From: a bacterium
GTDB taxonomy: Bacteria > Patescibacteriota > Patescibacteriia > Patescibacteriales > UBA12465
Reading direction: 5' to 3'
DNA: 64,000 nt
Assembly (NCBI GenBank): GCA_030696105.1
Contig: JAUYNJ010000004.1
Span: 13,872-77,871, forward strand
This document shows, one piece after another, positions 10,260-20,234 of this stretch; the first letter of the stretch is position 1; each line of letters opens with the position of its first letter. A model generated the notes under the pieces. It did no database searches, was not told the origin of the DNA, and worked only from the letters and a program-made list of their open reading frames with translations. Both the position numbers and the translations under genes were made by a program.

Positions 10260-11027
10260 TTAAATTATTTCTAAGGCGATGATTTCTTCGGCCAAGGCAA
10301 AATAAGCTTTGGCGCCGCTTGATTTGGGATCGTAGTCTAAAATGCTTTTACCAAAACTTGGCGCTTCCGCTAGCTTAACGCTGCGCGGAATAAGGGTTTC
10401 AAAAACTTTTCCAGGAAAAAACTGCTTCAACTCTTCTAAAACGGCACCTGACAATTTATTGCGGCGATCGAACATAGTGACGACTGTCCCCATAATCTCT
10501 AAACTTGGTTTAAGATTATCACGTACAAGATTGATAGTTTCCAGCAATTGACCAAGACCTTCAAGCGCGTAGTATTCACTCTGAATCGGAATTAAAACTG
10601 AGTCAGCGGCCACTAAACTGTTAATCGTTAACAGACCTAAGGATGGTGGGCCATCTATAATAATATAGTCATATTCAGATCTAACTTCTTCAAGCATTAA
10701 AGCGAGCCGAAACTCGCGATTCTCAATTGTCACCAGCTCAATCCCCGCACCAGCCAAAGAAACGGTTGCCGGGGCGACATTGTACCCTGGTTTTGAAGTA
10801 TTCTGAATAACCGAAGTCAGAGACTGTTGTCCCAATAAGGCCTCATAGATACCAGCCTCAAGTTTTTGATGCTCGACACCTAAACCTGAGGTTGCATTAG
10901 CCTGAGGATCTAAATCAACCAGCAAAACCGTTTTACCAGCCTCGACCAAGTATGCGCCCAAATTTACGGTAGTTGTGGTTTTACCCACGCCCCCTTTTTG
11001 ATTGACGATGGCAATTATATGTCCCAT
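10260..11027 (-). CDS. parA: chromosome partitioning ATPase ParA/Soj
   Basis: 255 aa. Deviant Walker A NQKGGVGKTTT and the DLDPQ motif. Confidence 0.92.
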   Translation of the reverse strand: MGHIIAIVNQKGGVGKTTTTVNLGAYLVEAGKTVLLVDLDPQANATSGLGVEHQKLEAGIYEALLGQQSLTSVIQNTSKPGYNVAPATVSLAGAGIELVTIENREFRLALMLEEVRSEYDYIIIDGPPSLGLLTINSLVAADSVLIPIQSEYYALEGLGQLLETINLVRDNLKPSLEIMGTVVTMFDRRNKLSGAVLEELKQFFPGKVFETLIPRSVKLAEAPSFGKSILDYDPKSSGAKAYFALAEEIIALEII

Positions 11028-11105
11028 ATAGAAAAACGGGCAATCTTACTTAAAAACATTATCATTCGCGCCCGGATAAAATTATTATATCTTATAAGCA
11101 TTTCT

Positions 11106-11134
11106 TTGACAATTGATTTGTAATTTATTATACT
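11106..11134 (+). promoter_or_regulatory. sigma-70 type promoter for tRNA-Leu
   Basis: TTGACA (11106..11111), 17-nt spacer, TATACT (11129..11134), about 20 nt upstream of the tRNA 5' end. Confidence 0.7.
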
Positions 11135-11153
11135 AAACTTCGTAATAAACAAG

Positions 11154-11237
11154 GCCCGGATGTCGGAACTGGTAGACGAACACGACTCAAAATCGTGCGG
11201 CCGCGAGGCCATGAGGGTTCGAATCCCTCTCTGGGCA
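11154..11237 (+). tRNA. tRNA-Leu (anticodon CAA)
   Basis: Acceptor GCCCGGA/TCTGGGC. Anticodon arm CACGA-CTCAAAA-TCGTG. Long variable arm (cggccgcgaggccat). T arm GAGGG-TTCGAAT-CCCTC. CCA not encoded. Confidence 0.93.
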
Positions 11238-11243
11238 CATAAT

Positions 11244-11269
11244 AAAGAGACCTGAAGGGTCTCTTTATT
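11244..11269 (+). terminator. intrinsic terminator after tRNA-Leu
   Basis: aaagagacc-tgaag-ggtctcttt stem followed by a T-rich tail. Confidence 0.8.
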
Positions 11270-11431
11270 ATGTGACAAGGGAGCAAACCAGACTTGACAT
11301 ATATTCATAACCGTGATAGCCTGTTTTGATGGTCAAGGATGCCATTGCCACTTCGGCAGCCTTCAATAAATGAAGGTGTTATACAAATCCTAAACTAACA
11401 ACAGTTATTTAACAACCAAAATCTTACAAAA

Positions 11432-12601
11432 ATGAGAAAGAAACTGATTTCTTTGGTCGTTGCGCTCACATCGTCGGTAATCGCAATGTTTATTATGGTT
11501 ATTTATTTGGTGGGAGTATACCTATTCCCCGGAACACTGAATGAGCTTTCGCTCATATTCGGCATAACCGTAATGATTAGTATCGCGTGGATGAAATTTA
11601 GCCATCTTCTCGATCAATTGCAGCTCGAAAAATTGCATTATAAAGTCCGCCATGTAAACGGCTTATTCATCTTAATGGCAATATACTCTATGATTCTAAT
11701 CTTCATAGCAAGGCATGCGGAGATGAAGACAGTACCGGTTTATATGTGGATAATTATTCTTACCACTTTAGTGCTGTATGATACGGCTATACTAACAAAA
11801 AAGAACCTATGGGCGGGACGTATTTCGCATGGTGTAACCATAATGTTTATGGTTTCCATAGCAATGTATTATCAGACGCAATACGTTTGGCTGATCAGCA
11901 TAGCTTACTCAACAGTAGTTATTTTTATATCAGCCATGGGAGTGTTCAGGTGGAAAAACATGGACCTCTATCTCGGAGGTTACAGTCTCGTGATTGCGCT
12001 TGTATTAACAATTGTTCAATTCTGGCCGCATCTCAGACCTATATATTTATGGCTTAGCGACAATTACGTCTTAGTCATTATCATTTTATGTATTGCGCTT
12101 ATATTCTTCTACATCAGAAGAGTCCATATAAAAGCAAAACAAAAAAAGATAGAGCATCAGCAGATTGCGCAAAGACAGAAGTTAATGCGAGAAAAAGAAG
12201 CCCGCATCGCCACCGAGAAGGTTCGAGAAGAACAGGCAAATATTGTAAAAAAAATATTAGCAAAAGAACAAATAACTTTTGCTGAGTTTAATAAGCTTAC
12301 CAAAGACTCCCTAAACCAGACGAAAGGTGAATGGCTAAGTCTGATTACTCAATTAAATCTAACTGAAATAGTTGAAATATCAGAGCTTAAAAAGAAGCTA
12401 GTCTGGGATCAGTCTGTGCTTACCAAAGCCCTGCAACAGCTCGACTTAATTTTTGCGTCAACTCAGAATGACTTGCTCTTACAGCTCCTCATAGATGATG
12501 TAAATGCCCTGAAAAAGTGTGCAGAGCGTGAATATACTGGTAGCGGCACCCTGCTAAACCACGTAAGGCGCGATTGCCACTTCGCGAACTGTTATTTCTA
12601 A
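11432..12601 (+). CDS. hypothetical polytopic membrane protein with C-terminal coiled-coil/soluble region
   Basis: 389 aa. About 7 hydrophobic helices in the first 225 aa, then a charged KQKKIEHQQIAQRQKLMREKEARIATEKVREEQ segment. No family recognised. Confidence 0.6.
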   Translation: MRKKLISLVVALTSSVIAMFIMVIYLVGVYLFPGTLNELSLIFGITVMISIAWMKFSHLLDQLQLEKLHYKVRHVNGLFILMAIYSMILIFIARHAEMKTVPVYMWIIILTTLVLYDTAILTKKNLWAGRISHGVTIMFMVSIAMYYQTQYVWLISIAYSTVVIFISAMGVFRWKNMDLYLGGYSLVIALVLTIVQFWPHLRPIYLWLSDNYVLVIIILCIALIFFYIRRVHIKAKQKKIEHQQIAQRQKLMREKEARIATEKVREEQANIVKKILAKEQITFAEFNKLTKDSLNQTKGEWLSLITQLNLTEIVEISELKKKLVWDQSVLTKALQQLDLIFASTQNDLLLQLLIDDVNALKKCAEREYTGSGTLLNHVRRDCHFANCYF

Positions 12602-12609
12602 ATACAACA

Positions 12610-12635
12610 AACCCCGCCAAGCAAAGCGGGGTTTT
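12610..12635. terminator. bidirectional intrinsic terminator
   Basis: aaccccgc-caagcaaa-gcggggtt followed by a T run, between convergent genes. Confidence 0.85.
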
Positions 12636-12660
12636 ATATTTTATGAATTACTTCTCTTCT

Positions 12661-13014
12661 TTATTTCATCTTTTGAAATCTTACAGTGAACAAAGGTTCG
12701 TATTCAACTTGATTTTCATCAACCACTTTCACTGGCTCACCCTTGGTGAGTTGAGTGAGAGCAATGTCACTTAACATTTGCTTGTCACCGGCGATATTTA
12801 ATTTTAATCCCTCAAGTTTATCGAACTCTGCCTTTAAGTCTGCTTGCACACTCGCTTCAATTTGCTTCTTCTTTATCTTTAAAGCGTCGAGCTCAGTAAC
12901 AGCTTCATGATAGTTACCATTAACCGCCAGCGCTTCACGATACATCTTTTTTAATTCACGTTGCGCCTTCTGCTGTTCTTGCAGGCGCATAAAAACTTCG
13001 TTCAATTGGGACAT
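12661..13014 (-). CDS. hypothetical coiled-coil protein
   Basis: 117 aa, helical heptad-like N-terminal two thirds. No family recognised. Confidence 0.55.
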   Translation of the reverse strand: MSQLNEVFMRLQEQQKAQRELKKMYREALAVNGNYHEAVTELDALKIKKKQIEASVQADLKAEFDKLEGLKLNIAGDKQMLSDIALTQLTKGEPVKVVDENQVEYEPLFTVRFQKMK

Positions 13015-13121
13015 AGATTATGAAATTTAGTGTTAAGAATATGAAAATTATAGCACAGATGAGTGAAAACAAAAAAGAGCCGAAAAGGCTCATTTTTATT
13101 GATTTTTCGAAGATGAAATTG

Positions 13122-14213
13122 TTAAGCAATCACGCCGCCGCCAAGGATGCGACGTCCTTTATAGAAGACGGCGCTCTGTCCGACAGTAACGGCTCTTGTC
13201 GACTTTACCAGCGTCACTAAGACCTCATTAGCCCTCTTCCCTTTCCTGACAATACAGGCGACTGGAGCATGGCCGTAGCGAATAACAACTTGGCACTTAA
13301 GGGGCAAGCTCGGCTTTTTCTTATCCGTCCAGTTAACTGAATGCACCGCAAAATCACTACGATATAATAACTGATCATCCCAGGTGCGAACAACGAAAAG
13401 AGTATTATTTTTGAAATCCATTTCCGCAACGTAATAAGGACCGGTGCCACCAATTTCAATACCCCGTCTTTGCCCGACGGTATACAAAGACAAGCCTTCG
13501 TGCTGACCGAGAGTGACACCATCTTCCCGGCGTACAATCGGGCCTGGCTTCAGCTTTAAGTGTCTTTTTAAAAAATTATTGTGAGGCCCTGACAAAAAAC
13601 AAATATCTTGACTTTCAGACTTTGAGGCAGTTGGTAAGCCATGACGCGCGGCAATCGCGCGCACCTGCAGCTTAGTGTAATTAGCCAGCGGAAAATATAA
13701 ATGCTTTAACTCCGCTTGAGTGAAGGTATATAGAAAATATGACTGATCCTTCGCGTCATCTTTCGCCTTAAATATTCTCGTCTCGCCGTCAACATCAAGC
13801 CTCTTCAAATAATGCCCGCTCGCTAAGCCATCATAGCCTAAGGCCCGAGCGTGTTTAAGCAACAAGCCGAGCTTAATTTTCTTATTACAAACCACACAAG
13901 GGTTTGGTGTGCGACCCGCTTCATATTCAGACAAGAAATAATCAACGACTGCGGTTTTAAATTCAGCGGCGAAATTAAAGGAAAACATTGGTATTCCAAT
14001 TTTCGAAGCGACAGTCTTGGAATCATTAAATGATTCAAGTGAACAACACTTATTTTCCGATTTATCAGGGGCAGTTTCATCCTTCCAAAAATGTAAAAAA
14101 ACACCGGCGACATCGTGTCCCTGGTTTTTTAGTAGTTGCGCGGCGACCGAAGAATCAACTCCCCCCGACATCGCCACCAGTATTTTCAGTTTTTTATTCT
14201 TTGCGCTGCTCAT
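13122..14213 (-). CDS. mnmA: tRNA-specific 2-thiouridylase MnmA
   Basis: 363 aa. PP-loop SGGVDSSVAA, catalytic Cys regions (NPCVVCNK, DQSYFL, ESQDICF). Confidence 0.93.
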   Translation of the reverse strand: MSSAKNKKLKILVAMSGGVDSSVAAQLLKNQGHDVAGVFLHFWKDETAPDKSENKCCSLESFNDSKTVASKIGIPMFSFNFAAEFKTAVVDYFLSEYEAGRTPNPCVVCNKKIKLGLLLKHARALGYDGLASGHYLKRLDVDGETRIFKAKDDAKDQSYFLYTFTQAELKHLYFPLANYTKLQVRAIAARHGLPTASKSESQDICFLSGPHNNFLKRHLKLKPGPIVRREDGVTLGQHEGLSLYTVGQRRGIEIGGTGPYYVAEMDFKNNTLFVVRTWDDQLLYRSDFAVHSVNWTDKKKPSLPLKCQVVIRYGHAPVACIVRKGKRANEVLVTLVKSTRAVTVGQSAVFYKGRRILGGGVIA

Positions 14214-14647
14214 GTTTCAATAATAATTGTAGTTGGACCATCATTAATTAACGCCACTTCCATATGTTCACCAAAGGAACCAGTCTGCACGGCGAGTCCG
14301 TGCGCGCGTAGTTCGTCGGCGAGCATTTCGATAAGAGGTCTTGCCTCGTCACTTGCAACAGAGCCAATAAAGCTGGGGCGATTACCCTTAGTGCAGTCAC
14401 CGTAAAGTGTAAATTGAGATACAAGCAATACTTCTTGCTTTAAGTCGAGCAAGGAGAGGTTCATCTTCCCGGCCTCATCAGCAATTATACGCAAACGAGC
14501 AAGCTTCTCGCCCATTTTCTTTGCCTTCTCCGGTCCGTCCCCTGCGCGCACCGCAATCAACACGAGAAAACCATAGCCAATACGACTAATTTCCTGCGCA
14601 TTAACTGCAACGCTCGCCTCCTTTACCCTTTGCACAATAGCACGCAT
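14210..14647 (-). CDS. dtd: D-aminoacyl-tRNA deacylase
   Basis: 145 aa. MRAIVQRV start, SQFTLYGD and NDGPTT motifs. 4-nt overlap with the mnmA start. Confidence 0.93.
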   Translation of the reverse strand: MRAIVQRVKEASVAVNAQEISRIGYGFLVLIAVRAGDGPEKAKKMGEKLARLRIIADEAGKMNLSLLDLKQEVLLVSQFTLYGDCTKGNRPSFIGSVASDEARPLIEMLADELRAHGLAVQTGSFGEHMEVALINDGPTTIIIET

Positions 14648-14650
14648 ATA

Positions 14651-15793
14651 TTAAAGGCTCTTAAATAATTCAATATATTTTCTTGCAGTCTCATCCCAAG
14701 AAAATAACTTAGTTTGCTGCTTTCCTTTCTCAATTAAACCTTTTTTAAGCTCCGGATCAGTGATAACGAGTTCAAGGGCTTTCGCTATTTCGTTAATATC
14801 ATAAGGGTTAATGGTAAGCGCAGCGGAGCCAACAACTTCCGGTAAACTAGAGACGTTGCTGGTAATCACTGGTAAACCGCGGTCCATGGCTTCTAGTGGT
14901 GGCAGACCAAAACCTTCGTAATATGAAGGATAGATAAATACTTCCGCGCGATTATAGAGCAACTCTTTCTCGCGAGCAGAAACATAACCGAGGAATTTAA
15001 TATCACGGCGATAGGGCGAATCTTCCCAGGCACGGAAAATCGCTCGGTGACGCCAACCGCGTGCGCCAGCGAGCACTAACTGCACATCAACCAAATTTAC
15101 ATTCTCATCGCGCAAGCGATTGTAGGCGTAAATCAGACCGGTAATATTCTTTCTTGGCTCAATTGTGCCAAGATATAGTATAAACCTTTTCTTTAACTCA
15201 TGACGACGGAAGAAGGTGCGCTCTTCTTCGGGCCCTGGCATTGGGACTGGCGGGTTAATACCGGAATATATTGTCGTTACCTTACTTTCCGGCACAGCGA
15301 GCAGCTCAATAATATCTTGTCGCGTATTTTCAGAAACGGCAATAATGTGTTGGCAATTTTCAGTCAACTTCTTCAAGGTTAAGGCGCGATGCCAAATATT
15401 TTTTCGACGACTAAAGAATTCAGGATAATGCAAAAAAGAAATATCATGCACCGTTAAAACATGTTTTACTTCTTTAGAAAAGCAACTGAAATTGATGTGC
15501 GGTGACCAGAAAACATCCGCTCCACCAATAATGGAATCAATTTTGGGCCAGGACAATGACTTCTGCAGGCCGTAGTTAAATATTTTATTTGGGAAACCAG
15601 TGCGCTTGATAGTGACATTGGGGTGATCAAAGCGCCCGATACGACCGGCGACATTTTGAAAAGAATTATAGAAGAGATGAAATTTATCATCTTGATCTTG
15701 GCGCAAAATCGCCCTTAACACAGCGGAGGTGTATTCTGATACCCCGCTGTAGTGTTTGTCCATTAAAACCCTGATGTCTACACCAATTTTCAT
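14651..15793 (-). CDS. glycosyltransferase family 4 (GT-B, Glycos_transf_1 type)
   Basis: 380 aa. C-terminal EX7E-type motif region [16 protein letters not shown]. Confidence 0.85.
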   Translation of the reverse strand: MKIGVDIRVLMDKHYSGVSEYTSAVLRAILRQDQDDKFHLFYNSFQNVAGRIGRFDHPNVTIKRTGFPNKIFNYGLQKSLSWPKIDSIIGGADVFWSPHINFSCFSKEVKHVLTVHDISFLHYPEFFSRRKNIWHRALTLKKLTENCQHIIAVSENTRQDIIELLAVPESKVTTIYSGINPPVPMPGPEEERTFFRRHELKKRFILYLGTIEPRKNITGLIYAYNRLRDENVNLVDVQLVLAGARGWRHRAIFRAWEDSPYRRDIKFLGYVSAREKELLYNRAEVFIYPSYYEGFGLPPLEAMDRGLPVITSNVSSLPEVVGSAALTINPYDINEIAKALELVITDPELKKGLIEKGKQQTKLFSWDETARKYIELFKSL

Positions 15794-16932
15794 TATATTG
15801 ATTGAGATTTTTTTTCAGCGATGAAGTCAGCAATTTGTTGTCGAAATTTCTCAACTGAATATTTTAAGGCTCCCTCTCTGATTCGCTCACCATTCCACAC
15901 TTTCGCCCCCGTGTCGACGTCGCTCATGAATCGTCGCACAGTTGTCATAATCGCTTGTGGTGTTTGCTCATCAAAGAAAACACCGCTCTCATTCTCAAGC
16001 ACCGTCTCAGTCGCGCCACCAGCGCGGTAGGCAATAACGGGACGACCGGACGCAAGCGCCTCAACCACTGTGATACCAAAATCTTCCTCCTGCGGATTAA
16101 TGAAGGCGAGACAATGCGAATACAATTCCGCTTTCTGAGTATTACTCACTCGTCCTAGGAATTCAATGTTAACCGCATCACCAGCTAACTTTTTCAGTCT
16201 TGCTAAGTCAACGCCGTCACCAAATATTTTCAAATTATAACCAACGCCCAATGCTTTAAAGGCAGAAACAACAATATCAACCCGCTTATAAGGCGCTAAG
16301 CGGCACCCAATTAAGAAATATCGCTCCGCAGTGCTTTGCCCGCTGATATCAGCAAGCTTAAACCTGTCAGTTTCAACCGGCGGATATATAACCTGTGATT
16401 CCCTTCGATAATATTTTGTAATTCTTCTCTGTACAGTTTTCGAGTTGGCAATAAAGTGATCAACGCGTGCGGCGGCAGCGAAGTCCCACAAACGCAAACG
16501 CCCAAGTGTCAGTGAAATTATCTTCTTAAAAAACTTATTATATTTTAACTCGTTCAAATACTGATGAGCATCACTCCAAAGATAGCGCGTGGGGGTGTGG
16601 CAATAGCAAATATGCAGCGTGTCAGGCGAAGTTATGACGCCTTTAGCAAAAGCGCTGGCGTCAGAGATGACTAAGTCGTAGCCGCGTAGGTCAAAAAACT
16701 CAACCGCCATCGGCATAAAAAACAAATACCACTTATAATGCTTAACGCCCCCAGGCAATTTCTGAATAATTGAAGTCTCAATGTGCCTATCGTGAAAATT
16801 CTTATGGACGTTTTCTTTCTCAAACAGCAGTGTATAAATCGGCGCCTCCGGATACATGTCAGCGAAGACTCTTAGTACTTTTTCGGCCCCGCCATCTTGA
16901 GCGAGGTGGTCATGAATCAAGGCAACTCTCAT
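15793..16932 (-). CDS. glycosyltransferase family 4 (GT-B, Glycos_transf_1 type)
   Basis: 379 aa. GGAEKV N-terminal motif and EDFGITVVEALASGRPVIA. 1-nt overlap with the downstream GT gene. Confidence 0.85.
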   Translation of the reverse strand: MRVALIHDHLAQDGGAEKVLRVFADMYPEAPIYTLLFEKENVHKNFHDRHIETSIIQKLPGGVKHYKWYLFFMPMAVEFFDLRGYDLVISDASAFAKGVITSPDTLHICYCHTPTRYLWSDAHQYLNELKYNKFFKKIISLTLGRLRLWDFAAAARVDHFIANSKTVQRRITKYYRRESQVIYPPVETDRFKLADISGQSTAERYFLIGCRLAPYKRVDIVVSAFKALGVGYNLKIFGDGVDLARLKKLAGDAVNIEFLGRVSNTQKAELYSHCLAFINPQEEDFGITVVEALASGRPVIAYRAGGATETVLENESGVFFDEQTPQAIMTTVRRFMSDVDTGAKVWNGERIREGALKYSVEKFRQQIADFIAEKKSQSI

Positions 16933-16944
16933 AATTTTTCGATG

Positions 16945-18360
16945 TTATTCGGCTTCTCGATGCTTTAAGACGGCAAAAGGCGTCTTCAGTAATATCGAGA
17001 TATCTAAAAGTAAGGACCAATTTTCTAAGTAATAAACATCTAGCTTCACTTCTTCTTCAAACAATAAATCGCTACGTCCTGATACCTGCGCGAGGCCAGT
17101 GATACCAGGTTTAACCGTTAAGGTTTTGCGATGATGATGTTCATATTTTGCAACCTCCTCCGGCAAATGTGGACGTGGTCCGACGAGACTCATCTTGCCC
17201 ATGAAAACAAGGAAGAGCTCAGGCAATTCATCGAGTGACCAGCGGCGAATAATACCGCCAACCCGAGTCACGCGGGGATCATCTTTGATTTTCACAAGCG
17301 GCCCATCAGTGCGTATATTCCTATCAGCGAGCTCAGAATAACGCATGCTATCAGAGTTTGCAATCATCGAACGGAATTTGAAATATTTAAAGGGAGCACC
17401 GCCTTCACCAACGCGAGTGACAGGCAAGCCGTCATCACGACGTGAAAAGAAGACGGGTCCACGTGAGTCAATTTTAATCGCAATCGTGACGGCGAGTAAT
17501 ACGGGTGAGAAAATAATAATTAAAAAAGCGGAACCAATTATATCGACGACGCGCTTTATGATACGTCCCCAGCCATCTAGCGTTGTCTTCTTTACCTCCA
17601 CAATCGGGATACCGGCAAAATCAGTCACTTCGGTGCGTAAAACTTTTACCTCAAGCAAATCGGCGACATATTTATATACTAAATGATGTTCAGCGGCAAA
17701 GTCATACAAGCGCAAAGCTTCGGCCTTACTTAAATTCGGATCGCTTTGCATGATTTCATCAATTGGACTCGTGCGCATCATTTCTGATAACTCCTGCGCA
17801 CTCTCTAAGGAAAAATCGCGCAATCTTTTCACGACAACATAACCAAGACCGGGACTAGTCGCATACTCCTCAAGCAACTTATCAGTTGTTTTGCTGTTAC
17901 CAACAAGCACTAAGCGTCTCGTGCCAATTCCAAATCTAAATAAACGGCGGCGAATCCAGTGCATCATTAAACGACCAAAACTGACATAAAGCATTGACAG
18001 CACCCAAGCAACAACAACAATGAAACGAGAATCAAATAATTCACGCTGGAAAAAAATCAGAATCGCGACTAAGGCGAGGCCGGTTGTACAAGCTAAAACA
18101 ACGCGAGCTAAGGCACGCGCCATATTCGAGGGCCGGCGGATGCGATACATGCCCGCAAAAGCAAAAATTAATACCCAAGCCGCAGCAATGATAAATACTG
18201 ACTCGAAGTAACGATCAAAAGGCAGATTAAAAATAATCGGCCGAATGTCCGTCGTGTAACTTGAGAAACGAATTGAGTAAGCCGAGAGTCCGGCAAGTAC
18301 CAACATCGCGTAATCAAGCGGCACGAGTAAGAGCGTAAAAAATAATTCAGGTTTTTTCAT
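16945..18360 (-). CDS. polyprenyl-phosphate glycosyl-1-phosphate transferase (bacterial sugar transferase, WbaP/EpsB-like)
   Basis: C-terminal Bac_transf motifs ([35 protein letters not shown]). Start moved to ATG 18360 (MKKPELFF...) because the ORF-track N-terminus (to 18441) overlaps the 3' end of RNase P RNA. Confidence 0.88.
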   Translation of the reverse strand: MKKPELFFTLLLVPLDYAMLVLAGLSAYSIRFSSYTTDIRPIIFNLPFDRYFESVFIIAAAWVLIFAFAGMYRIRRPSNMARALARVVLACTTGLALVAILIFFQRELFDSRFIVVVAWVLSMLYVSFGRLMMHWIRRRLFRFGIGTRRLVLVGNSKTTDKLLEEYATSPGLGYVVVKRLRDFSLESAQELSEMMRTSPIDEIMQSDPNLSKAEALRLYDFAAEHHLVYKYVADLLEVKVLRTEVTDFAGIPIVEVKKTTLDGWGRIIKRVVDIIGSAFLIIIFSPVLLAVTIAIKIDSRGPVFFSRRDDGLPVTRVGEGGAPFKYFKFRSMIANSDSMRYSELADRNIRTDGPLVKIKDDPRVTRVGGIIRRWSLDELPELFLVFMGKMSLVGPRPHLPEEVAKYEHHHRKTLTVKPGITGLAQVSGRSDLLFEEEVKLDVYYLENWSLLLDISILLKTPFAVLKHREAE

Positions 18361-18381
18361 ATTTAAATTATATGTGTTAAC

Positions 18382-18740
18382 TAGGGCAAGCGATAAGCCG
18401 GATTCTGTCGTGAACGGCCATTTATCTAGCTCGACTGTCACCAGCCAAGTCTTGCGAGCTACTTTTTATCACGTATAGGCCTGACGGCCACGTGACTTTG
18501 CTCTTGCTCCAGGCAGGGTTTACCACGGACACGCCGTTACCGGCGGCCGAAACTTGTAGCCCCGAAGGACACCAAGTCACTTTTCACCTTTCTCCGTCTA
18601 TGAAGACAGATAGTATTGTCTCTGTGGCACTTTCCCTAAGATTACTCTCGGCGGACGTTATCCGCTGCCCTTTTTATGAAGTCCGGACTTTCCTCTTCTT
18701 TGCGACTAATAGCGCAAAAAAGCGGCCGCTTACTTGCCCC
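18382..18740 (-). ncRNA. rnpB: RNase P RNA, bacterial type A
   Basis: Minus strand reads GGGCAAG...GAGGAAAGTCCGGAC (CR-I)...GTGCCACAGAGA...GGTAAACCCTGCCTGGAGCAAG...CTAGATAAATGGCC...ACGACAGAATCCGGCTTATCGCTTGCCC (CR-V). P1 pairs GGGCAAG with CTTGCCC. Confidence 0.95.
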
Positions 18741-18753
18741 GATTAACACTTCC

Positions 18754-18782
18754 ATCGTACAAGAAAAGCCCCAAAAATGCAA
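18754..18782 (-). promoter_or_regulatory. candidate promoter for rnpB
   Basis: Minus strand TTGCAT (18782..18777), 17 nt, TACGAT (18759..18754), about 14 nt upstream of the P1 5' strand. Confidence 0.4.
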
Positions 18783-18816
18783 TAAATGACACATTTTGGG
18801 TAAAAGTGGCAATACC

Positions 18817-18845
18817 TTGACAAATTGTATAAAGTATGCTAATAT
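18817..18845 (+). promoter_or_regulatory. sigma-70 type promoter for the 418-aa gene
   Basis: TTGACA (18817..18822), 17 nt, TAATAT (18840..18845). Divergent from rnpB. Confidence 0.65.
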
Positions 18846-18906
18846 ATCCCCATGAGCAGCGGAAGTTTCCGGCAAACTGGTCATTAACAATAAAAACAAA
18901 CAAACA

Positions 18907-20163
18907 ATGAAGAAAGCAGCAGCAATGTTGATGCTGGTCATTTTGATGATCGGCAACGGCTTCACGGCCAATGTTAAACCAGGCGACACCGCAACCCTGC
19001 AAAACGGGGGTCAAATTCTCAATGCCAGTGAATACGTTCTCGAAATCGGTGATTACACTGATTTCGGAGAAGTCATTGTCACACACGGTGACAGCCTTAT
19101 GATGAACGGGGTGTGGATGAAAAACTATTCAGGTACACCAGTGGCAATGAGGGTTGAATTGTATTCACTGGGACACATTTTCCAGGAAACAGTGAAGCTT
19201 AACAAATCTCGTTTCGACGATGTTAATCTCATCCAGCCCGGTGACAGCGTTTTTCTATCGCCAAGATACGTTGGCGGACCAAACGAAGTCTGGATTGCAG
19301 ATAGTTTCCAGAATCTCGGAAAAAATGATTGTATCTGGCGCATCTGCGAGAGATACCGCGCGGGCAAATTAGATACTTCGCCATTTGTTATCGAATTAAT
19401 CTCAGCGCCTATTGATAAAGAAATCAACGAGGCTACACTTGCATTCAATTGGTGGGGATGGATTCTTCTCCTACTCGCATTCATCTTATTAGCCGGCTTT
19501 ATTTATTGGCTGGTTAGAAGAGTGTTAGATGAAGCTAGTCGCAATCCGGACAACCACCCTGCGGTGATTGAAGGGGGATTGAGTAGCGATCCAGTTACTG
19601 CAACAGCTCAAATCCAACAACATCTTCCTGATGGAAGCAGAGTTGTTCGGCTCGAGCGCGGAAAATTAAAAAGATGGTATGGACCAAAAAGGCTCCTCAC
19701 CAACATGAATTTTTCCGACAGGCAACGTCCGGCCTACATTCGTCCCGGTGAAAAGGTGGTTAGGGTCACTGTCGAAGACCAAAATGGCCTGCTTGCAGTA
19801 CAATACTGGCGAAGCCATTGTGGAAATCGATTCAGCGTGTTTGCCAGAGATCAATTCAATCTCCACGCTGGCTGGGAGTTTATTGTTGAAGTAGAATACA
19901 TCACTCAGGCAACTGAAAGCACCAGCACCGCCCCAGAAAACACTGAAACTGCTAACGCTGAAGCTGCCGCTCCAGTCCTTGCAGCTCCCGCCGCAACAGA
20001 CAATACAGCACCGGTACAAAACGGCCACCCTGTGGACCCAAAAAAGGAACTGTCAAATTTTGACAAGTTCTTAAACCTGGTTCCAAAGGACAATATCCAA
20101 GAACTAAAGTTCGAGGATAACGCCGAATTCGGCATGTCAGTTAGAGTTCGATTCAAGAACTAA
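18907..20163 (+). CDS. hypothetical bitopic protein (signal peptide, central TM, cytoplasmic C-terminal domain)
   Basis: 418 aa. N-terminal MKKAAAMLMLVILMIGNGFTA, central TM WWGWILLLLAFILLAGFIYWLV, Ala/Thr/Pro-rich linker near the C-terminus. No family recognised. Confidence 0.65.
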   Translation: MKKAAAMLMLVILMIGNGFTANVKPGDTATLQNGGQILNASEYVLEIGDYTDFGEVIVTHGDSLMMNGVWMKNYSGTPVAMRVELYSLGHIFQETVKLNKSRFDDVNLIQPGDSVFLSPRYVGGPNEVWIADSFQNLGKNDCIWRICERYRAGKLDTSPFVIELISAPIDKEINEATLAFNWWGWILLLLAFILLAGFIYWLVRRVLDEASRNPDNHPAVIEGGLSSDPVTATAQIQQHLPDGSRVVRLERGKLKRWYGPKRLLTNMNFSDRQRPAYIRPGEKVVRVTVEDQNGLLAVQYWRSHCGNRFSVFARDQFNLHAGWEFIVEVEYITQATESTSTAPENTETANAEAAAPVLAAPAATDNTAPVQNGHPVDPKKELSNFDKFLNLVPKDNIQELKFEDNAEFGMSVRVRFKN

Positions 20164-20182
20164 AAGTTAACTCACATGCCCC

Positions 20183-20226
20183 GAGCCAGTAACATACAGC
20201 AATGTATGAGACTGGCTCTTTTTTTA
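20183..20226. terminator. bidirectional intrinsic terminator
   Basis: gagccagt..catac-agcaa-gtatg..actggctc long stem followed by ttttttt, between convergent genes. Confidence 0.85.
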
Positions 20227-20234
20227 TTCTCCCA

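Noticed and set aside
11015-11308. 97-aa minus-strand ORF
   Set aside because: It lies antisense across tRNA-Leu(CAA) and its promoter and terminator. The composition is not protein-like. Treated as spurious.
16551-16600. Hammerhead-like CTGATGAG core; also CGAAAC strings in terminators at 33281 and 34814
   Set aside because: The two halves never occur together with the required stems. The CTGATGAG is inside a well-supported glycosyltransferase CDS.
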